Below are positions 1 through 13,050 of a stretch of DNA of 41,850 nucleotides, piece after piece. The position numbers and the translations under genes are program-made. The first letter of the stretch is position 1. Each line of letters starts with the position of its first letter. The stretch covers positions 238,771 to 280,620 of the forward strand of contig NMRA01000400.1 in the NCBI GenBank assembly GCA_002633005.1, given 5' to 3'. The notes beneath the pieces were generated by a model. That model searched no databases, had not been told where the DNA came from, and saw nothing but the letters and a program-made list of their open reading frames with translations. The DNA is from Phoronis australis (Eukaryota; Animalia; Phoronida).

Positions 1-515
1 TTGTTCGTTTAAAATCAGTTTTGGCCGGTACCTCGAAAATCTAGTCTAGCTCAAATTTTTGATGGCATACCATGGTTGAGATTTTTGGGGGTTTCTGCCG
101 GGCACAACCCAGAGTGTAATTTGTCTGTCATAGGGGTTTTAGTGACCTGTGACATGTATTGAATCATATGGAATTGGTTTTGTGTGGTACCTCGAATGTA
201 TGTGCTAGCTCATTTTTGGGGGGTCCTTTTTTGGTTTCTGCCGGACCCATTCCAGAGTGCAATTTGTCTGTCATGGGTCATTCGGTGTTCAGTGCGGTAC
301 TATTATTCGTTTTGAATCAGTTTTGGTTGGTACCTCGAATATCTAGTCTAGCTCATTTTTTGGGCTGTTTGTAAGGCCCCCAGGGGTCACACCCAGAGTG
401 CAGACAACGGCAGACGTCCATTTCTGTACATACTGAGGTGGACTTTAAATGCTCCCGTGGTCAGATGTTGGTACCTCGTTCATCTATGCTAAGTGCTCTG
501 GGCTGCCGGTCTAAC
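1..515. repeat. Degenerate tandem array, ~145-bp period, truncated by the window edge
   Basis: GGTACCTCG recurs near 27, 185, 328 and 470, and CCAGAGTG near 109, 253 and 394. Positions 1-60 align with 304-362 (TTCGTTT..AATCAGTTTTGG..GGTACCTCGAA.ATCTAGTCTAGCTCA). Confidence 0.7.
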
Positions 516-516
516 A

Positions 517-1581
517 TGAAAGATGCGAATCAAAGACTAGTAAAAAGCTCGGCCACTGTTAAAAGCACGTTGCCAGGAAGCGCGCGCTACATACATGAAC
601 CTGTCATCAAAGACATTAGTCGGGAACTATCCATTCATGAAATGGGTAGCATAGCATCGCCAAGAAATGAATATTAGTACTAATTTCCGACAATTTCTCA
701 TACTAAAAAAACGTATGCGTTATTTTTTAAGGTGGATTGTTTGATTAACCATAATTGGTGTTTTTAAGCCAAATATCCGATAAAATGACCACTGACAGTA
801 AATGCTAAACACCCATACACCGAAAAATAACTGTCAGTCACGTACGCCGCATCCAGCCACACGGCGACTAATATGGCCTTACCAAACAAATGTCGAACGT
901 TTTTAGCACGAGACTGGCAAGTGCTGAATGAAACACGCTCTGGTTTAGGCCTACTGCTTGCGCAAATTTCTTTAGATACAATGCACATCTAGCTCGTTAG
1001 ATTGCGTGGCTCTGGCCAAAAGACGGTGTCTGCTCTGGAAAATGAACTCTGGTGACTTACTCACAAACGCAGACAACTTCAAAACAAACGTCACGTGACA
1101 ACAACATGTGTGTTCGTCCTGACACTGATTTTTCTCACATTGCCAATCATACATGTAGATGGCACCATGTACTAGCACAGATCGGTACTTAAACCTGCCG
1201 TGATCCCGACTACACGGGAACTTAAAAATCTTAGCGACGCTACTTGGAAAACTTGAGGATTTCAGGTAATTTGCTTGAGTCGAAACTGTATTTTTATTTA
1301 AGCATTCACGTCGCAACATCGACGATTGCGAGGCAGGCAGCCGGCGAGTTTTCGCCCTAGGATTTCAGCACAATTTTCAGTAAAATGATCGTAATTTAGT
1401 AGCAAAGTTTGATAGCAAAGCACCACAGTTTTGTAGAAAGTCTTTTATAGATTACAGATACGTCACAGAGCGTAAATATGATGAATCTTAGCTTCAGATT
1501 TCACCCGTTTCGGAGACCGGGTTTCAACGCCCTTAGGTTATAATAAGCACCCCCCTGAAACGTTAATTACGGCGAATATGG
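517..1581 (+). mobile_element. 5'-truncated copy of the Tc2/pogo-like non-autonomous element (full copy at 26814-28336)
   Basis: Colinear with ~27226-28336 (TGCGAATCAAAGACTA; GGTTTAGGCCTACTGCTTG; TACTTAAACCTGCCGTGATCCCGACTACACGGGAACTTAAAAATC). Ends in TIR TTACGGCGAATATGG followed by TA. Confidence 0.85.
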
Positions 1582-2974
1582 TATGTTAAAATAGCATTGT
1601 CGTTTAGTTCCTGCTATACATTAGTATAGTTAGGAGCATGCAAATGCATCTTTGGGCCATCTGAAACAGCCCAGACTACAGCGCCCTCTATTAAAATCCC
1701 ACAAATTGTGGAAGAAAAAAACAACTATCAAAAATGAACTTTTTCATTTTTTCAGGGGCTTCCAACTTTCTTGTGAATTCCCGCAATTTTTCAAAACTCT
1801 GTTTGCTGGTAGCTGTTGTGGTATAAATTAAACGTGGAAAATCGTTGGATTCAGTGCCACGCATGTTTCGTGGAAAAATGATGAAATAAAATTTCACCTG
1901 TCATTTACGTACTAGTGTACTGAATTGGAGAGTTTACCATACTCATAATGCTGTCCATGTGTAGGGGGCTTGAACCCCAGTTTTACACTGCTGGCGCACT
2001 ATAGCAATCCCTCTATTACATTGAAATAAATTTCCCATTTGTCATGTAATAAAGTTTTACTGTTTCATAGTGAACACTTAAATGCCAACATGGGCATAAA
2101 AAATCTGAACAGGTGAGGTGTGATAAAACGTCTCTGATGTGTCTGTTTCTATCAGGTAATATAGAAAATTAGGTCAATTGTAAACTGTATTAGAGATTCG
2201 AGTTCACACGTGGGAATTACACACACATTAGGGCTGGCTTGCATTGTTCAACAATAACAACGTGGCACGTGATAAAGCGACGTCATTGCTGCTATACGGC
2301 ATATAACTTTTATGCAACTGGGCCCAGCTGAGTTCCTCAACACACCTGTCTTATTTGCTGGTAGATGTCGCACAACAAAACCTGAACATGGAAAATCACT
2401 TAATTTGGTTTTGCAAAAGCTTCGTAAAAAATGTCGCCCATATTGTGTCCTAGTTGTTGCAAGTAAAACATTTTGAATATTGTACACTAACAAGGAACAC
2501 ACTCTAACACCAACTCGGCTCCAGTACAACAGGAGGTTCAATGTATATGAACTACACTTTCTTGAACTTTTCAAATCAACTCCTGTATTTAAGACCCGGA
2601 GTAACAACTTCTTGATTCTCATCGAAGGCATCACAAGATGGTGCTGAGAAAATGCCACGGAGACGAATTTTTTAAAATAGGGGTAATATGTGAAAGCAAG
2701 ACTGTGGGCTTGTAGTGTTAAAAACTTGAATATTTGAATAAAATAGTATCAAATAATGACATAACAATTGGTTATTGACAGCAAAACCTGTCAAGGTCCA
2801 CAACCATTAACACCCAATCGAAAACGACGATACTACTCTGTTAAATCTATTTACTACAGTTAAAGCAGCACTCCACCAATGTTTAGCTGTGCCAACGATT
2901 TTGTGTTAAAAACCTTACCAAGCTCACATGTTTTGCATTTTTCATCAAAGTAATAGTGGAAAATACAGGTTTTA

Positions 2975-4340
2975 GGATACCTCCAACCTTATTAACAAAA
3001 ATTGGCCATTTTTACAATATTTCACTTTTGTCTAGCAAAATACCTTCTTCATTCTCGAGGAACTTCAAATACAAAATATATACCGCGTAGCGAGAAAAAA
3101 AAGATTTAACAGTTACAGAACTACCTTGGCACCGCACAACTGCATGGATATTTGTTTACTACTTATCCGAGGTAAAAGGTTAAAGGGCTTTCAATTAAAT
3201 CGAATCTCCCGCCAGGTACAGAACAGCTTCGTATACCCTCAGTCTTTTCCTTCACAAAGTCGCCATAACATTGAGCCAACCAGGGGTACTTATGATAGAA
3301 TGGCGCCGGGGAAAACAAAGACAAAACATAGTTTTGATCCTAAGGGACTTGTGCGTCTACATGCACACGACCGTTGGCGTTGAAAACGAATGCTACAAGT
3401 GGCCTCAGGCCTCTGAGGTCATGAACACAGAAAGTTGTAAAAAGAGATAAATCCTCACCCTAATTCCTTAATTCAATTAATAAGACATTTCGATGTTTCA
3501 ATCTCATGCTGACGACATACTTTAACCACCGATTCGATTTTTGTAATCCATTTCTTACTTGGTTTCGTATCAGTCTCCCAGCACGTGATGTGTACAGGCT
3601 ATGAACTGTGACCTACTTAGAAGTAGGGGGTAAACAACAGTAAAAGTTGGCTCGGAACTAAAAGTCTATTTGAAGTTTTAATGATAATTAAGTTAGTTAC
3701 GCACTGCAAAATCAGTTGACATTGCGAATGAACGTTGAAATAGCTAACATAGTTAAGGATTGTATAATTATGAGTACCAAAAACAAGTTTTCACCGAATA
3801 ATTAGCCGAAGACTGAGATTTTCACTTGTCCCAGTTTAATCGTTTTTTTCTTGGCTTATACAAATCGACTTTATTGGAACTTAGGAACGGCTTTATGGAT
3901 TTCGCTGAAATTCTCCAAACTTACCATTTAGTCATCAATCTCAAAAACGCTGCTGGTAGGATTTTTGATATAAAGACCTAGTTTTCGCATAATGTGACAA
4001 AAGACGATTACGACTTCAATTTTTTAGAAAAATACCTTACGTTTTGCGAGTTGATTTGTCATAGAAACCAAACGAACAGACTAATCGAAAATTCCTAACA
4101 GCGATTTTCATCATAATCGACCAAGGGGTTATTTTGCTATGAATGTACCTTTCTTAAAAATGAATTTTTGATTCAAAAAGGTTTTTACGTAAAAATAATA
4201 ATGAAACATAAATACAAAAAGTTTGTATAGCCTGGTCTTTGTTCTTTCAGAAAATATATACTTTTACTAGTTGACAAGCTTAGTTTTTTTTTATATATAC
4301 GAGTTAGAATGGAGACCACTAAATAAGGTTGGAGATAACC
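2975..4340. mobile_element. Non-autonomous Kolobok-type DNA transposon
   Basis: Left end GGATACCTCCAACCTTATT is inverted relative to right end AATAAGGTTGGAGATAACC. TTAA follows the right end (4341-4344) and TTTA, a probably decayed TTAA, precedes the left end. No coding content. Confidence 0.7.
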
Positions 4341-4688
4341 TTAATTCGGTCCAAGACTGAAGTTATCCTCTCCAGCCAACACTCCCCAAAACCCGGAAGC
4401 AACATGGCAGGTGTGAAATGAAGATCAGATAGCATGACCTACATGTTAGCATCATTTCAGCACACGGCATTCATTGTTATGTTAAAACAGACTAGTCCTC
4501 ATAACACAATCAAAATACAGAAAGTCACATGAACTTTACACTAACGCAAATACAGTTTTGACATCACAGGGACATCATCAGTTTCATGCCAAAAATGCTC
4601 TTTACAATTACTGTTGACTGCAATATCCTCGTTGAAGTGATTAGCTTTGATCACAGCTATATAACAACATCTGTTCAGTTATTGCATC

Positions 4689-4813
4689 GTCAATTCTGGA
4701 TATTAGCAAAATGTCATGTGAACACCTTCAGTGGTTCATATACTTAAATATGTCAATTCTGGATATTTGCAAAACGTCATGTGAACACCTTCAGTGGTTC
4801 ATATTCTTAAATA
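4689..4813. repeat. Tandem duplication, 2 x 63 bp
   Basis: GTCAATTCTGGATATT.GCAAAA.GTCATGTGAACACCTTCAGTGGTTCATAT starts at both 4689 and 4752. Confidence 0.9.
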
Positions 4814-6029
4814 CCTACGATGTTCAAATATTGAACAGTGTACTTGAATAACAACAGCTCAGAAAAGCATTGATTGAAAAACAATGGTCAGAAACAAACA
4901 AAGCATGCGTGTCCTAGCAACTCAGCTACTGTATACAAGGCAAGGACAATGTAAAAAAATGTCTCCAGCTTGTAGGGACATCAATGAAGGCTGGACTATT
5001 TGAACTCACCATAGTGTAATCAATAGATAATGCTCAACCTACAGTTGCTTCTATTGTCATGCATGACCTTAACAGGGCTTGGTGAACTGAACATGCAGTG
5101 TGTTAAAACTAGCCTGTACAGAGTTCCCTAGATAATCTGCTGACCAAGCACTACTTTACACTAACTATAAGGACACCACAGACTCCCCATGTGAAACTGA
5201 ACATGATTTTTGGCCAACTTCGGTATGTTATATCACAGAAAGGCTTGTTAGATTCAAATGAAACTTTCAGGTACTACCATTTATACCCTGTATTTCAAAA
5301 TGGTGTAAGGAAAATATGTTTTTTTAAATGTTCCACTTTTAAATGAGGGGCTACCAAAAAGGACTGCATAATATGATATTTATGAAAAAATTTTAAGTTG
5401 CACAAAATGAAAACGAAACAACAATTTAGCAAACTGAAACAGCTTTTCTGAGATTTTATCTTGAACATTTATACCGTCCGGGATTTAGTGACGTCACCTT
5501 CTTTTGCTTCATGAGTGCAACTTTCTTTTTTCGCAAAAATTTTCTTATAAAAGCCCGGTCACTTACTCGGTGGCAGATTAATATGAAGACAAATCAAATT
5601 CTACCGAGTTTCTGCTTCGTATTTTCAGAAAATATACACTATTAATGAGTTAAATTCGATAGTTTGTAGATATTTGCCTAAATTTACAGCCTTGTTGATA
5701 TGACGTCCAACATAACCTTAAGCTAAAGAGAATGTCCTGAGTTGGTCAAAGATGGAGAGAAGTATGTGCATGTGAATCAACCCCATGACCTTTGACCCTG
5801 AGGTCATGCAATCATGTAGTGTTGAGAAGTTCGATGATTTGCATGATTGGGACTGAATCCATTTAAGCAATTCTGTCCACATACAGGCATAGATAACAAT
5901 ATAACAATTTCAATGCATATATTCAACAAAGATGTATTAATTGCAGATCTTTGAATAAACATTTGTTCATTAACAAGCTATTTTTTTCAATACAAAGCTT
6001 TCAAGTTAGTGCCACACAGCTTGACTTAA

Positions 6030-6497
6030 GGTCCTTTCATACAAACTTAACTCAAGTATAAGTGGAACATCAATGCAAACTGCGCTTCGGTAGTAAACGG
6101 CATCAAAGTAAACCGTAGATGACACTGTCGTCATTGAAATAATCGCACGGTAGCACTGATGCATCCGGTGCGCGCTAAGATTTTTTAGTGCGACAGTTAC
6201 GTGTGCTAAATGACATAAAACTTATTTTTTAATTTGACTGGGGGTTATTCGAGCAAACTATAAGCAGCTATTAGCGACGACATTACACTTTAATTGTTGA
6301 TGCCAATAGTGGCCCCTGGCAATAACTTCGATGAGACCACAGTTGGCGGATCATACGGCACCGCAGCACCAACGCTACACTGTAAAATCCACCCGTTTAC
6401 TGGTGTTGACTGGCAATGTTAACTTGGACCGAAGTTAACTGTTCATACTGACCGCAACTCCAAAACATTGATGAGTCGACGTCAGTATGAAAGGGAG
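6030..6497. mobile_element. PIF/Harbinger-like MITE
   Basis: Termini GGTCCTTTCATAC and GTATGAAAGGGAG are inverted and sit in TTAA/TTA flanks. A subterminal copy of TTCATACTGAC near 6441 pairs with GTCAGTATGAA near 6481. Confidence 0.55.
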
Positions 6498-7322
6498 TTA
6501 ACATGTGCCACTACGTACAAACACTGACCCTCAGCCTGTCAACAAAAATCTTGATTACGAACACTTCCCACTGCAAAACTGGCCTCAACTAGTTTTTTTA
6601 TCAGAAGAGAAGTGATTTCTAGGTTCTGCAGTGGGTCATGAGTACTTGAGATCATGTCCTGCGTGTAAAGAGATATGCCATGACAAAAAAAAAACTTATC
6701 AAGCCTGATCTGAAGCGATTAAAAACTGTAGGAATTTCCCAATGTGAGAATTCTCTCTAATCCAAGTAAAGAACAAGAACTGCTTTATCGCGGCAAGGGT
6801 TTTAAATCAAAAGTTAGTTCTACTGGAAGCTGGGATAAGACGGCTTTAAATAATAGAAGTACTGGTAAAATTCTGCTAGGGTTCTTATTGGAGACAGGAA
6901 ATTTAGGTACACGAAGAATTGGTATCTTTAACAGAAAGCGGGGGGGCGGGGGGGGGGTGTTAGCTAGTGGCTTAAGAATTTTTGGATGGTCCTAAATCAT
7001 GGATGTCCTTCTCAGGCAATAGGCCTTTTGACATTGACATGTATAGGTCAGTGAAAGCAGTTCTTTTGTCAACCTGGTCTCATTGGCCTATAGAAGTATA
7101 CACAACTTAACAAAGGCTTTATGGTCCTGGCTGAGAAGACAATTGTTTTATCCCATAGGCCATGAGTCAGTTAAGTGCAATACCTCCATGTGATGTTGTT
7201 TTCCATATTCCCTCCTGCACTACTTCAACAGTGACCTCTGACATGGAAAGTTCAAAAGGTAGGTCAATGTCAAAGTATTTAGCCAGTTCCATCATCAAAC
7301 TTTTCCAAAATAAATAGTTTAA

Positions 7323-9245
7323 GGTAGGTGGATACACAAAAAAAAAAAATTTTTGACTGTTTTTTACATTTTTATGTCATCCTAATCTTTAATTCTTGAT
7401 GCACAGTATACTGAAGAAAAATAAAATCATTCTGAAAATCCAAAGTTGTTTTTTTAGCTATATTTGACCAAGCCTCAGTAAGTCATATGGCTTGAGTGCT
7501 CACCAGCTCAGTGATTGACAACTGGGGCGGAGCTTATATACAAGGAGACTAGCTCTAATCTAACCCTGTCAACAAGCATTGCGTAACCGGGCAATCCAGA
7601 GTGCTGTACCAGCTGATATTGGTGTTGTAGCAAGACCAAGAATAAAATAATTCTATTTTGACCACGTGAAAGTTGGTAGTGAAATGGTGAACTAGCTCCT
7701 GTTCCGAGCCTGAGCCTGTTTGTGTATCTGCAAAGTACGCCAAGTCCTACCGAAGCCATCACTGCACTCAGCTTGAGGACTCAGTGCAGAAATTGTGCAT
7801 GTATAAGAGAAGTCGGTAATATAAGGTCAGGTGTCTTGCGAGAGGACGCTGAGTGTCGACGTGGGTGGTGTTGCACGATTCGGTGAGAGTGCATGCACGT
7901 GCTGTGAAGACAAGCCGCGCGCGCGACATATTAACAACTACATGCCGTCAGAGTAGAGTCTTCGCAGATAAACCGTGCTTCTGAGCTGGGAACGCGCCGT
8001 GGAGAAACTAGGCTGTCAAACCAAGAGGATTTTTTAACTTGCCACTGGCCGTAACCCAAAGAAATGACCCAGTGTTCAAAATAACAAAAATTTTCTAGTG
8101 CATAGATTCAAACGTAACCCTGAATTAAAACTCATGATATTATACGATTCTAGAGGAAAGCAATATAAGAAACTTTAGTAACTTGAGAATCTCACCCAAG
8201 CGAACCTATTTGCGCAGAAAGTGATATTTTCTTACCCCAAAGTCCATTCGGTACAGGCACGTAAAAATGTTGAACCATTACTATGAAAGTAGTTCTTTAT
8301 CCTCGTCGCCAATAGACAGTAACGCGGCGATTTGATATATTGGTTGATGATAATATTGGAATACTAACAAATAGGTCTGTGTCATATAGAGTGTCTTTTA
8401 CTATACTGAGTGGAGAGTTCAGATGAATCGTATAAACAATCAACACATGGTTTTAATGTGTGGTCGGCACACCAGTACAGCAGACAATAGATCAACGCTA
8501 AGCTCCACCCACGTGACAGCCATACTTGTTTTGGTCGTCTGTCGTGCTTCACAATTTCGAAAAAATGATTAAAATTGCGCTGTAAACAAACAGGTATGTC
8601 ACATTTTCTAAACATGAAGTAAGTATCAGCTTTATTTCTAGTACTTCAACAAAAATTGGAACATAATGACCGCGCATTCTGAACGAAATTTGATCTCAAG
8701 TGGCAATCGATGGACCGCTTAACTTCAAAGCCGTTTTTCTCGGCTCGTGATTTCAGGATAGTGACAAGATTCTCGGGCCTATTTTTCCACAACACGTGAG
8801 TCAATTTTTACGAAAGTTGCAAATTTGAAATCCTCTAGGACTGAAGTAAAATCGCGTGCCAGGGTTTTTTGATAAATGGACCAGATTTTTAGTTATTAGA
8901 CGGAAAGTGACCAAATGACAAAAAGTGGCGTGCTTGCCCCAACTCGCAAACAAAAAATGCCACAAAATCAAGATCATAATGATTTTGTACATATATTTGG
9001 TATGGATAAGTAGAATATTGCGTAAGGAAACAGTTGATGATGATCCCTGTGCATTTTGAAAAAAAATTCGAGGTAAAATTGGATTTTTTGAAAATTAAAA
9101 AATATGATTTTTTAAAAAAACGAACTACAAAAGAAATTTTTTTTTCGATTTTTGTCACTTTCAGAGTCAGGTCTAACTAGTTAAAAACCCCTTTTTACTC
9201 ATTTTACTTAGGAACCTGGAGATTTGATCAGTGTATACACCTACC
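7323..9245 (+). mobile_element. Non-autonomous Kolobok-type element, copy 1 (1923 bp)
   Basis: TTAA|GGTAGGTGGATACAC ... GTGTATACACCTACC|TTAA: 15-bp TIR, TTAA TSD, purine-purine termini. Colinear along its length with 24248-26018. Confidence 0.9.
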
Positions 9246-10562
9246 TTAAATACAGTTGCAGCAGTATAAATAACACTCAATATGCAATCAGGTCCCAAAC
9301 ATAACATCTGCTACAAAATTGTTTATTATATGACACTTCTGTCTCCCTTTTAAATTGCTACCGTCTGTAACTCAGGCGCCGATTCCTCCATAACTAGATT
9401 ATCGAATATTGTTATTTAACTTTTTTGAGGAAATGTTACAAGTTCAGTGAACAATTACCTTGTTTTCATCTTTGTAATCTCTTTCCAAGTAATAAATTGC
9501 TACATTTAAAACTACTTCTTTTACTAGAGAAAACCGAACATGCAAGCACATTCACGTAGGGTGTAATCTGTCACGTGAACAGTTTGGTGAAGTATTTAAA
9601 AAAATCGACCAAAAAACGAAAGAAACATAGGAATTCGAAGCTATGGATAAATTTCATAATAATGTTTCATGGGATATTACTTCATCAACGCCACTCTCCT
9701 ATAAATTCTGAATAGTCCAGTTCAGAATGTCAAATCAACAATTCCCAATGGAGACACATTCTTCATTTGAAAAGGAATTCAAGTAAAACATACGGTAGTC
9801 GGTAATCGGAACTGAAAATTGAAATGCGTTTCAGGACTCAGATAGATCAAGTTGCTGACATTATAAGTCATTACCAAAACAGTCTGTCTCAATTTACCCG
9901 ACAAGTCTCACGTGTGCTTCGACCTATTTCCTCCTGGAGAAAAGTCACGTGTAATAAAATTCAACAAGACATTGCTGGATTCTTAGGAGAAACGATTAGT
10001 TGCTAAGCACTGGGCAACAACAGAGGGCTAGGCACAACATCAGGGACTGCCCTAAAGATGACAGTTAGTCAAAGACACTCAGATGTAAGTACTCATTATT
10101 GTGTTCACAGCAACTAAATAGGCCTATCCTGATGTGGCAAAGCCCCACTACCATTTCAAGGTATTTACCCACAATGCAACACTTGTTCATATGCAAATGC
10201 AAATGTACCAGTCACTATCTCATATGGTAATTATTACATAATTCATCATTATAACGTAGGCAAACTTGTATTATTGCATATTAAATGTTGTAGTGTTGAC
10301 AACAAGAAATTGGCTATAGGGGAAACATCAGCGCAGGACGAGCTTACTTAGTTAAACAACTCAAGGTTGCACGACATTTTGAAAAAGTAGCTCAGTCATA
10401 CCAAACCTTCAACAAATAGGACAGTTTGATTAGTCTATTGCTGCTTACGGTGAAAAAACTGAGTCCAGGACACAAGATCACCAATCTATACTCGGGACCA
10501 GACTTGAAAATTGACAAATCGTGTCAAGCAACTATATGATATATTCCTATTTCAATCAATGT

Positions 10563-10780
10563 GGTTTTGAGTCGTCTCAAATACGTCATAGGCCCATGTC
10601 TCTTCGCAATAAGCAAGGGTTTTGAGTCATTTCAAATATGTGATAGGCCCGTGTCTCTTCACATTAAGCAAGGGTTTTGATTAATATCAAATATGTCATA
10701 GGCCCATGTCTCTTTACAATAAGCAACGGTTTTGAGTAGTATCAAATATGTCATAGGCCCATGTCTTCACAATAAGCAAG
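10563..10780. repeat. Minisatellite, 4 x 55 bp
   Basis: Unit GGTTTTGAGT.....CAAATATGTCATAGGCCCATGTCTCTTCACAATAAGCAAG at 10563, 10618, 10673 and 10728. Confidence 0.92.
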
Positions 10781-11524
10781 TTGCATTTGAACCTTGGATT
10801 CAGTCATTGTTAACTGGATGTACCTCACATCATTCAAAATGGTGAAACTCCAACCATGCGTGAAACTCCACTTGAGATTATGTAGGACCCAGGAAAAATG
10901 CCCAAATTTGGCTAACTTCAATTGGCATCATATTAAACTTTCAGATACTATGTTTTGTGCCCTATTCCCCAAAATACTGTTTGCAACTGTTTTCAAAATC
11001 TTCCTCTTTTGCACAAGGGAATATTGAAAAATAAAAGCTCGGGAAAAAATAAGAAATTGCTTATAACGAAATAATAATTCAGAAAACTGTAACAGCATCT
11101 GTGAGATTTCTTCCCCAGCATTTACATCAAACAAACTTTGGTCAAGTCTACTGATTCCGTTGTTTGCTATCCATGTAGCATTCAGATTTTCATAAATTTT
11201 ACTATAAAGGTATGATGACTCGACCCAATTAGAGGAAGACTGATAAAAGAATATCATAATATATCAAAAACCAGATTCCACACTTTCAAAGTACGTTTAC
11301 AGAGTTAAAATCTACAGTTTTGTGGACGTTTGGCTTTATGAACAGATTTGTCCAATGAACCAACCTTCTAACAAAATAAATTGTAGTTCCTAACTACTCA
11401 TATGTCAGATCCTCATTACCACACAGTCATCCAGAGTTCATTAACTTGTTTGAACCCATTCATTTTCAGATCATGCCCAGGGCTTGACTGGTCAACTTTG
11501 GGTCAACAATTTCAACAAACTTAC

Positions 11525-11621
11525 CTCCTGATCTCCATGGCGTGAGCATTGTCCGGTCGGAAGAAATTGTGATTCTTATACTCGTCAGTCTTTAACCGAC
11601 GGTATTCACCAACATTGAACA
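11525..11621 (-). CDS. PFKFB: PFKFB coding exon (97 nt), kinase domain
   Basis: ctttttcag|TG TTC AAT GTT GGT GAA TAC CGT CGG ... ATC AGG AG|gtaag encodes (V)FNVGEYRRLKTDEYKNHNFFRPDNAHAMEIRR, the conserved PFKFB VFNVGEYRR...FFRPDN motif. Phase 1 start matches the preceding exon. Missed by the ORF track. Confidence 0.96.
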
Positions 11622-12613
11622 CTGAAAAAGACCCCGCACAGTGACATCTCTTGGCGAACTTGAATGATGAGGAAGACAACCATTATCATGATGAATGATA
11701 GGAATTAAAATGATTAGGAGACACAGCCTTGCACAGAAGGGTAACATTTCATCAGTCAAAAATGATTACTAGAATTGACAGGTTTGTTTACTTTTCATAC
11801 TAAGTAGAAGATTGGGGAAAGCTCCAGTGAAGGCCTGTCAAATCTCTACAAGACACCTTTATGCTTGAAATGAGTCCCTTACCCACAACTCCATCCACCT
11901 CTCTGACAATTAGACACCAACGAGTCTAATATTTTTCCATCATGGACAAAGTTTCAAAAATTCACCTGAGCTACTTTGGGCACTCCGTCTGCCAGTTACA
12001 TCAGATTTTGTCCGATTGAACAAAAATTCTGGTAGGATTCAGCTTATTTCCACCAATAACAGTATTTGGCAATTCTCTATTTATTTCGCAAACAATAATT
12101 GCCACATTCTTTGGTTTCCATTTTTGAAGACTGATAACGTTGTTACAAATAGGGGAAACTTCCTCAAAGGATGTTTCATGACATCACAACACTATGGAGC
12201 ACAGCAAGCAGGATGGTATATTTCTTAGAACAGATTTTTTACACCCAGAATTAGCAACATTAGAGCATAAATCTTACAATAACTCTAACAATATTGCTTT
12301 TCTTGTTATTTTGCAGAATAGCACAATAGCAACCTACTCTACTGACCTAAGGCTATGTGACATAAAAAAGCAGAATATAATGCAGTTCTGCAGGTCTTAT
12401 ACCGACTATTCATGGTATTTTATAGAATAGCACCATAGCAAGCTAGTCTACTGTCATAAGGCTGCTATTCTGTCTATTTATCCAATCCTGCGCTGAGATG
12501 AAACCATGCCAGTAATAGTTGAGTAAATTTTGTCAATATTTGTATTTGTGGAGAATTTCACTTGTCGGTCATTTTTGAGTTAAATAAGTGAAGAATTACT
12601 GAAGGACACTTTA

Positions 12614-13050
<437 letters not shown>

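Noticed and set aside
5168-5720. Another Kolobok-like element ending ...ACATAACC|TTAA
   Set aside because: No matching inverted left end found; probably a fragment, so boundaries are unsupported.
5786-5798. Perfect DR1 nuclear-receptor site (GGGTCAAAGGTCA on the - strand)
   Set aside because: TGACCTTTGACC is a common repeat-derived motif in invertebrate genomes; no independent support.
6939-6959. G-run as a G-quadruplex element
   Set aside because: Simple homopolymer tract with no context suggesting function.
7508-8615. Short ORFs repeated at 24316-25365 (and 972-1319 / 27870-28079)
   Set aside because: Similarity comes from duplicated non-autonomous elements; frames are not conserved between copies and there are no domain motifs.
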